This document shows, piece after piece, positions 26,059-35,000 of a DNA stretch of 38,562 nt. Under the pieces are notes generated by a model. That model had not been told where the DNA came from. It saw only the letters and a list, made by a program, of their open reading frames with translations, and ran no database searches. Every line of letters starts with the position of its first letter. Position 1 is the first letter of the stretch. Both the position numbers and the translations under genes were made by a program. The DNA is from a virus (taxonomy: Duplodnaviria; Caudoviricetes). Where the stretch lies: IMG/VR virus record IMGVR_UViG_3300035135_000708, positions 1 through 38,562 of that record. The stretch is one strand, 5' to 3'.

Positions 26059-29000
26059 ACTTTATAAACGGTACGATTTCAGCGTTAAGTGTGATATTTG
26101 CTGGTCCGCTAGCAACTGTACAACCCTCGAATGAAGTTGCCGTCTTGCTAGTATAATCAATTACAGTACCATCACTAGTAAACAAACTACCAGATGATGG
26201 GAAGTAAGTCGTCTTCTGTACTGTAACAGTTCCAACAGCAATTGATTGAGAACCATTAGATATAGCAACAGGATTTTGAATAGATGGTGGAGCTACTGTA
26301 AATTTATCTCCAGAAAGTGTATAACTAGAGTCTCCTCTCAACTCAAAGTCGCGAATGCCCAAAGCGGGGAAATATGTTTCTATTTCTGCAAGAGTCATTG
26401 CCGAAACGTCACAAGTACCATCATCAAATATACCATCAAAGTGACTAATAGTGTGACCAGCATTTGTTGTGGTATAATCTCCAATGTAGAATACACTATT
26501 CTGGAACACTAAGTTTCTGGCATATATGATAGTTCCATCACGTTTTACAACACCATAATCATCTAGAAGATCAACCATACCATTTAATCTGGTTGAGATA
26601 GGATCATCAATGAATACACTTTCTTGATAACCATCAATTACTCCACTTGGAGGTGGAATTCTTAGGAATTCTAATTTATCTTTTCTTGGAGATAGATCTT
26701 GAACTTCGATTTGATATTCAGTTTCTCTTTGAGTTACGCCAACAGCAGCACCGCCCTTGACAGTAACAAGTTGAGATTCAGATTCAACAACCGCAACACC
26801 AGCGTATGCGATAGATACTGGATCTGGAATCTGTCTTAAGAATGTTCCAGCACTCCAATTTTGTGCTGTGGTATTATTTTGTCCTCTCTCTACATTTAAG
26901 AAACGATCATTAATCTTACGTAGATATCTGACAACTTCCGTACCAATCAGTAGGTAACCATTTGTCTTGAATTTATCTGTGTTTCCAACATAGATGATAG
27001 TATCGCTAGCATCCAGAGGAGCATCCAAGAATGCACCAACCTGGAAGTAATTAATATTAGATAGAGCAGTGTTCTGAATAACATCTGGGTGAATAGCAGA
27101 TGTTATCTGTCTGCTTACTGTAGAAATAGAATTCGTAGTAAGAACACTATTGATCTTGACAGAAACAACAGTTTGATTATCTTGAATCTGTAATGCTCCA
27201 CCTTCACCTTCAACCTCAACAGGTTCTGGTTCAATAAAGACAATCTTAACTCCATCTGGTTGATCTGTGCCAACTGGCATATCAGAACCACCACCAACTA
27301 CATTTAGTTCTCCTGTTTGAATTATTGCTGTGATATCTCTATCAGAATCAACAGGACTATCAAATAGAATTGATGTGAATGTATTGACACCCTCGATTTG
27401 ATTTCCAAGGACAGAAATATTAGAGATTACATTTAACCCTGTACTTTGCTCAATATTAATTGATGCATTGATTAGAGAAACTCCAATATCGGTATCTTTG
27501 AATACTTTATATCTTCTAGCAACAACTACTTTTGGAGCTTTAGTGTAACCAGAACCACCGCTAATAAGTTCAACGCTTATGACTTGTCCTTTACTGACAA
27601 TTACTGCTGCTCTAGCACCACCACCTTCTCCATTCTCAGGAATGAAGTTAATTACTGGTGGAGTATAATACTGATAAGCAGTTGGTTGTGTAACAGGATC
27701 ATAACTGCGTTGGTTCCAATCTAATCTAACAACAGAACCATTTTCAACGATAGCAACAATTGATAATCCCTCACCTCTTGTTATTCCATTATATGCTTGG
27801 ACTTCAACTTGACCAAAATAATTGTTGGATAATTGCTCTTGAGGTCTCTGTTCTTTAGATGTTAAGTTTGTTGGAAGTTCTTTGATTTTTCTAAAGTTTT
27901 CTTCACCATCTACCTTAATCAAGCTATTACTTGACAGACTTATAAAAGGATTCTTGTAAGTTTTTCTAAAATATGTTCCACGCCAAGTTTCGTTGGATCT
28001 TACTAAAGTTCTATTGTCATTATCAACTTCATATGTTATACTAGATCCAGAAGAATCTAATCCAACGATAGTATATACAGTATCGTATCTTCCAGCAACA
28101 GCAAAGTAAACATCTCTACCTTGAATTAATTCACATTTGTTTCCAAATACACGGAACTGTAAAGTGTTGCCAGTGCTAGAAATATCATATACTTCACCAA
28201 TCATATTATATGTGGTAGTATTACCATACTGATAAGCATGGATTCTATCACCTCTTCTAATGCCCATCCAGTTCTTGCTCAAGAACTCGGGTAAACCAAA
28301 AGTAGTTTCTAAATTAACCACGCCATTGGCATAGTAATTGTCTACATTGAAATCATACAGATTTAGAATTTGCCCGACATCTCTACCATATAGGTATCTC
28401 ATGTCAACATTCATTTGTTCTGTAATTGGGAAATTAAAGAAGATATTTGGACCAGACACAGTGTATGATTCGCCACTCTTCTGTAAAACTCCATCGATGA
28501 ATACTAAGAAGTAATCAGGTTCTTCAATATTAGCAACAGTAAGATCTTCTAAGTCTAAAATTAAGAAAGGACCTGTTCTGACATTATTGATTAAATTAGA
28601 ATCTAATGTCATTCTCTTATAGTTACCAATACCAATGCCAGTAACTTTTTCAACTGCAGTTGGTTCTCCTAAAGTTTTCGCTCCTTCATATTGATCCCAA
28701 ATTGGAGCAACATCAAACATCAATTTGTTGGGAACTACCGTTCTGTCAATATAGTAGGAATCATCTCCTGGGTATGAAGCATTGTACTTGGTTTCCTGTA
28801 GTACAGCATTCAATGATAGTAAGAAGTTTTCATCAGATTCTGTAACAACTGGAGAACCATCTTGCCAATATAGTTCAAACTCTTTAGTTTCACCATCAAT
28901 ATAATCAGGTAGAGTTTTAGCAACTTCTAGACTATTCAGTACATCATCGAGATTGTTATAAAGAGAATTAACAGATGAAATTACATTTACACATTCTTGA

Positions 29001-32000
29001 TCAGGAATCAATGGATCTGGTAAAATATTATAGTTTGAATACGTTGGTGTAGCAGACCAGTATCCAGATTTATTAGAATTGATATTGACAACTTCTACCA
29101 CACCAGTTCCCTTATCAATAATATCTTTCACAATGCTAATCATCGTATCAATAGATGATTCAACTTCAGCACAAACTGGGAAGACAGTATCAGTAAAAAC
29201 AGTAAGATCAGTATATGGATTGATCGTAGTATAAGTTCCTGTTCCTAGTTGATTTCTCATTGCTAGAACCATGAGATCCTTTAATCTATCCCATGCTGCG
29301 TTTGCTGCTGTGATCTCCAATCCATTTAGATAAGTTAATTCTTCTCCATAAGGATATCCACGATTAGTATAATACAGTTGAGCAAATTCAACTAGTTTAG
29401 CATTTCCACCAAATCTTAAATGATAGACAACATTATCAATTAAGAATCCTAGATCTCTAGCACACTTTGCTTTATCCGATGGCGGCAGAGCATAGTTGGC
29501 ATATACAAATTCACTTACTTCTTCTTGTAAATATGCTTTGTTATTAGCAATCAAATTAGAAGCATCATAATACGTTCCATTGTTGATTCCACTAAAGTAG
29601 AATGTAGCACTGTCAGTAGAAGCAAATGATGTAGGAACTTGTACTGTATCTCCTGGATTTACAGCATATTGATTTCCTGGTTGTACAGCACCAACACTAG
29701 ATGGTAGAACTTCATTGCCATTAGAAGAACCACTTAAGAATGTAGTTCCTGCCGATGCACCACCACCGCCGCCAGCATTTGCTAGAGCTGGTTTTGAAAG
29801 TGTTAGTTTTGTTTTACTATCAATAGAAACAACAATTGTATTTGGACTAAATGCTCTTCCAGCACTAATAGTCATTCCAATAGCAATTCTATCAGTATCA
29901 GATACCGTAACTTCAGTAGAACCTTGGAAGAACAAAACACTTTGCTCTACATAATCCCAATTAATAATTGCTAGATTTGCTAAATTTGTAGCATATTTAA
30001 AGATCGATAATGATTCTGTTTTATTGTCAGTAATATACTTAGAACCATTCGCAAAAATATTAGCATAGTCAACTACTTTGCTATTGCCACCAAATCTAAT
30101 ATCATGTTGATAAGCATCTAAAATATATCCGATGTCTACGGTATAATCATCTAGTTTAGTGCTCCAATCTAACGAACTATAATATTGTTTTCCATAACCA
30201 ATAGATTCTTCAATAATGAATTTTTTATTTCTTTCAATTTGATTAGCAGCATCAATCCATGTGCCACCTCTCTGGAATATATTCCTGAGTTTTTTGATAT
30301 ATCTTGTATTGTATTGGTTATCTTTGAAGTAAAAACTTCTACCAACAAATTTTGTTCCTTTATATGAAGATGTATCAGTAATATTGTTACCAGTTAATTT
30401 TGTTCCTGGTCCTAATGGAGGTGCGCTGAAAACAATAGTGTCACCACTTACTGTGTATGCTACCCCAGGTTCTTGTAAGATACCGTCAAGGGTAACAATT
30501 AAACTTTCAGCACTGATTGGAGTAAAAGGAGATCCTATGTTGTCCAATACTTGGAAAACAGTTGTACCTTGTAATCTACCATCGGTATCAAAATATCCAT
30601 CAAAAGGAGCAGAGAGTGTAAATTCAAATGCACGAGTTTCATTGAAATTAAACTCTGATGTAGCAGCAGATCCCTGTCCATCACGTATTCTAGTGTTTTC
30701 GACAGACTGAATAGTTTGGGTTGTTACTTGTTTTGTGCTTTCAACTGTAATTTTATTCTTTTCTGGATTCCAGAGTTGAATAATAGAGAAACTATCCGCC
30801 TTTCTGTTGCCAACATCTGGCATTTCGGTTGTAGCGTTTGTCTCAACATCAACTTGACCAAATAGTTTAAAACCAGCAGGGTGTGTGGTAGACTTAATAA
30901 GGTCTCTCCACTGTTCAATAGATGTCTTAGACTTTACAACATATGAATAGTCTTGGTAGAAGAAACTATCGGTAAGTTTTTGATTGGATACACCTAGTCT
31001 TCCTTTGTCTGAAGTGTAGAATCCTAAGTTATCATAAGTAGCGGATGTTGTAGTTTTAAAAGTAGTAATATATGCTTTTTTAACTACACCAGAAGCACCA
31101 GATATAAAACCTACAATAGAAACATTGTCTCTGACAATACCATTTACTTTTTCAATCTTAAGTAAATTAGAACCCGTTCTGTACTCAGATACAACTGCTC
31201 TTAATACTTCTACCCCATTAATTGTCTGTGTTAATACCTCACCTCTTTGATAAGTTCCAGAGAAGTTTTTCAAAGCAAGTGTATACTTTGAAGTAACATC
31301 TGATGCTACTGATTTATCTAAATGATAACCAGCACCATTATTAGTAATTCTTACACTTTGTGGAATTCCAATAGTATTACTTTCTGAATATAAGTCTACA
31401 TCAGATTCGATAATTTTAATTTGTGGAGCATACGTATATCCAATACCAGGATTTTCTAGAATTATCGAAAATAGTTCTCCATTACGCTGTGTTGCTTTAA
31501 ACTGCGCTCCTGTACCATCACCATCAACAATTACAACTTTTGGATTTACGTAATTTGATCCAATATTATCAATTCTAACTCCAGTAATTAAATTTGTTGC
31601 AGTATCAAATAATACGGTAGCACTTGCTCTAAATGGTTCTGATGGATCACATCCAGTAATCAAAGGAACTTTTTTATAGTTCAATCCTAGATTTGTTATT
31701 GCAACACCATCAATTTCACCAACAGCAAATTGACCACTGGTTGTGTATAAAATAGATCCAGATCCATCCCAAAGTGGTGTTTTGGTGATATTATACACAA
31801 ATCTATTTGGTGTTACATAATTGAGAGTTTTTGTGCCCTGTAAAGGATCTGTAATAATTTCAAAGAAAGCACCCTCAGAATTTACGATGCCATTCTTGTC
31901 AAAGTAATAAAAATTGAGGAAATTAGTGCCAGTTTTATTATCGTAAAGATTTTGTGTTAGTCTAGGACCAAAACCAAACTTAACCGATGTTGACGAACCA

Positions 32001-35000
32001 GGGTTTCCTGGTAAAATAGTAGTTGCAACTTTTTCAAGAGTCAGTAGATTAAAACTCTTGCTTGGACTCATATCAAAATAAGTTCCCGTCAATGAAGAGT
32101 GGGAGGTATCAAAGGTATACTTGTAAAACTCTTGAATTTCAATATTTGGATTTGGAACAAATGTAGTATTGTCTTCTGAAAATTCAAATTTGAAATCTAC
32201 TTCACTAGCAGAAACAACTGATACTAACCTTTGCTGACTGCTAGAATCGAAGAATGTTGAACTTAAAGTTACTGGTTCAGATTCTCTCTTGCCGATACTG
32301 TAATCAAATACAATAACTGCTTTTTGTGTATTAAAATCATATGATTGAATATATCCGCTACCATTAGCACTAGTAATTCTAAAATTATTTGTAAAGTTAT
32401 ATCTTGGTTTGTATAAAGATAAAGATCCACCATTATAGTGATCTACAGCAAGTGTTCCTTCCCTTCCTCGGGTGACAGTAATAACATTACTATTGATAGC
32501 AGTAATTTCTACAATTTCAGAACCTATCGATACTAAATCTCCTTCTGCGAATCCCTTAGCAGTTTTTACTTTGATATCAGTAGCATTAAATGCTACTCCT
32601 GCATGATCAATATAAATTGCTAATCTAGAAGAACTTAAGGAAGCTCCAGATCTTTGTAGTTGATCGTCATCAACGCCAAGATAATCACCTCTTCTGTATC
32701 CAGTTCCTAGGTTTGTTAAAGTAATATCATTTACAACACCAGCAGAAGAAACGGTAATAGTTGCTGTAGCACCAGAACCTGTTCCACCAGTTAGAGGAAC
32801 ATCAGTGTAAACATCTTGAGTATAATCTGCTCCACCATTTAGAATGGTAAATCTACCAATTCCATCAGAATCAATTGTAGTTGTGTTTGATGGTGCTTTG
32901 AAAGTTGCTTCTTGATATAATCTCTTTCTTAGATAATAATTCTTAGTTTTTGTGGTATCATCTGGGAAAATACTGATGTCAACAATATCTCCAATCGCTA
33001 AACCATGATTCTCGGTAGTTTCTACTAAAGCAACACTTTGATTTACTTCAAATGGTTCTAAGTTGTCACTTAATGAAACTAAAGTTACAATTTTAGATCC
33101 AGAAGTGTTGAATAGGTTGTCTGATTGGATATAATAGTCATCATCAATAATCCAAGTTCCTGTTAATACTTTAATAGTAACAGTATTCTGTCTACTAGTT
33201 CCTTCTAGGATTTCAGCAGTAGCGATTGGTGGATTTACACCATCGGTCAAACTTAACGTAGCTCCTTTTGTGTAAGAACTATCTTGATCAATAGTAAGAA
33301 TGAAAGTTTTGATGTCAGCGGAGAAAGTTCCAGTGTTGTCAAACGTACCGACAACATCTTTCAATACAATTACATTATCATTTTGTACTGTTCCAACAAT
33401 AGTACCAGAAGCACTAGAAGATGGTTGTCTCAGTGTATCATCTACAAATAAGAATGCATTCTGAATTGTTGTTAGTTTGACAACTTTATCTTCTTTACTC
33501 TGTAAGTAATTTACAGGTCTACCAGTAACAGAAGATACTAGAGCAGCAACGTCTTTTCCTTGCGTCCCTTCATTTTCAAAATATAATTTAGAGTTAACAG
33601 AAAAATTATTAGAAGATCTATCAATAGCAATATTATCTACAGTTCCAGAACGAACTTCAGAAATTGTAGCAATTAATCCATCTCCATTTCCAAGCATATC
33701 AGGCGTGAAGAACCTTTTAGCATTCTTTGGAATATCGTTTTGATTGATATTAGAATTATAGTTACTGTCTACTGGTAATGAGTAGAACTTGTCGCCAATA
33801 ACATAAGGGAACTGTGGTACTTGATTACTATCAATAGTAATAAAATAAGCATAAGTTCCTTCTGGAAAATCAGGAGTGATACAGAAACGACCATTATTCT
33901 CATCTAGAGAACCACTCTTATGAGTGTAAACATAATCGTTTACAAATGATCCAAGAGGATATTTTGTAGTAGCAGGACCGTCCTGTCTATTTCCAACCAA
34001 AGAATAACTAGAAGTCATTCTCACAATTGGAGAATTTACGTCAAATGGATTTTCGTGACTAAATGGTCCATATATTGGATTACCATCATAAGCAAATCCA
34101 AGGATAGGTGAGTGAGTTTTGTTTGTTGGTTCACTACCTGTGCTATCAATGTTATCACTAAGTGCTAGTCTAAGTGACTTGGGGTTAGCAACTTGTCCAT
34201 AACCATATTCTAAAACATTGTTTATATTTTCAAAAACATACCCAAACTCTTTGTCTAGTGTGTTTTCTAGTTTAGAAAATCTATTTTTATTCCATTCTTT
34301 TAGTAAAGGAGTAACAGAAGCACCAGATCCAATGGGAATGATATCTACTTGAATATTATCTTGAGAATATAAAGTACCACCTGCTAGTTTTTCAAACTTT
34401 GTAATCGATCCATCAGTGTCAATTACTGCAACATATTCAGCAAATCTGCCTTTTCCTAGTCTATCGGTAATTCTTACAATTGGTGGGGAAGAATAGAACT
34501 TACCAGGATTTTCTACAACAATACTAGTTACTTCTCCACCAGTAACAATTGCTCTAGCAACAGCATCACGTCCTGAAGTTATCTCTACTGTAGGAGTTAC
34601 AGGGAATACAATTTCAGTGTCGATAATAATACTATCAACAACTTGACCAACCATCTGCGCTCTTGCTCTTCCAGCAAGACCATCAACAATAACAAATGGA
34701 GGATTTGTATATCCACGTCCTCTAGTGTCTACACGAATTTCATCGAGTTTTCCAAAACGAATACTTTCGGAATCTTTGTATCCATAAACAGGAACGCCAT
34801 TTAATAAGATACCTACATCTCTCTTTGAAGTCTTATAGATTTCTGTAGTTGTAGTTGGTGTTTTTCTTAGAATTCTAAGAATCTTCTGATCTTGGACTGG
34901 TTGTGTAATATTAGGTCCATCAAAAATATTGTATGATGGATAACTCGAAGATGTGATATAATAATATTGATCATCAGAGAAAATAGCAGATACGTTATTA

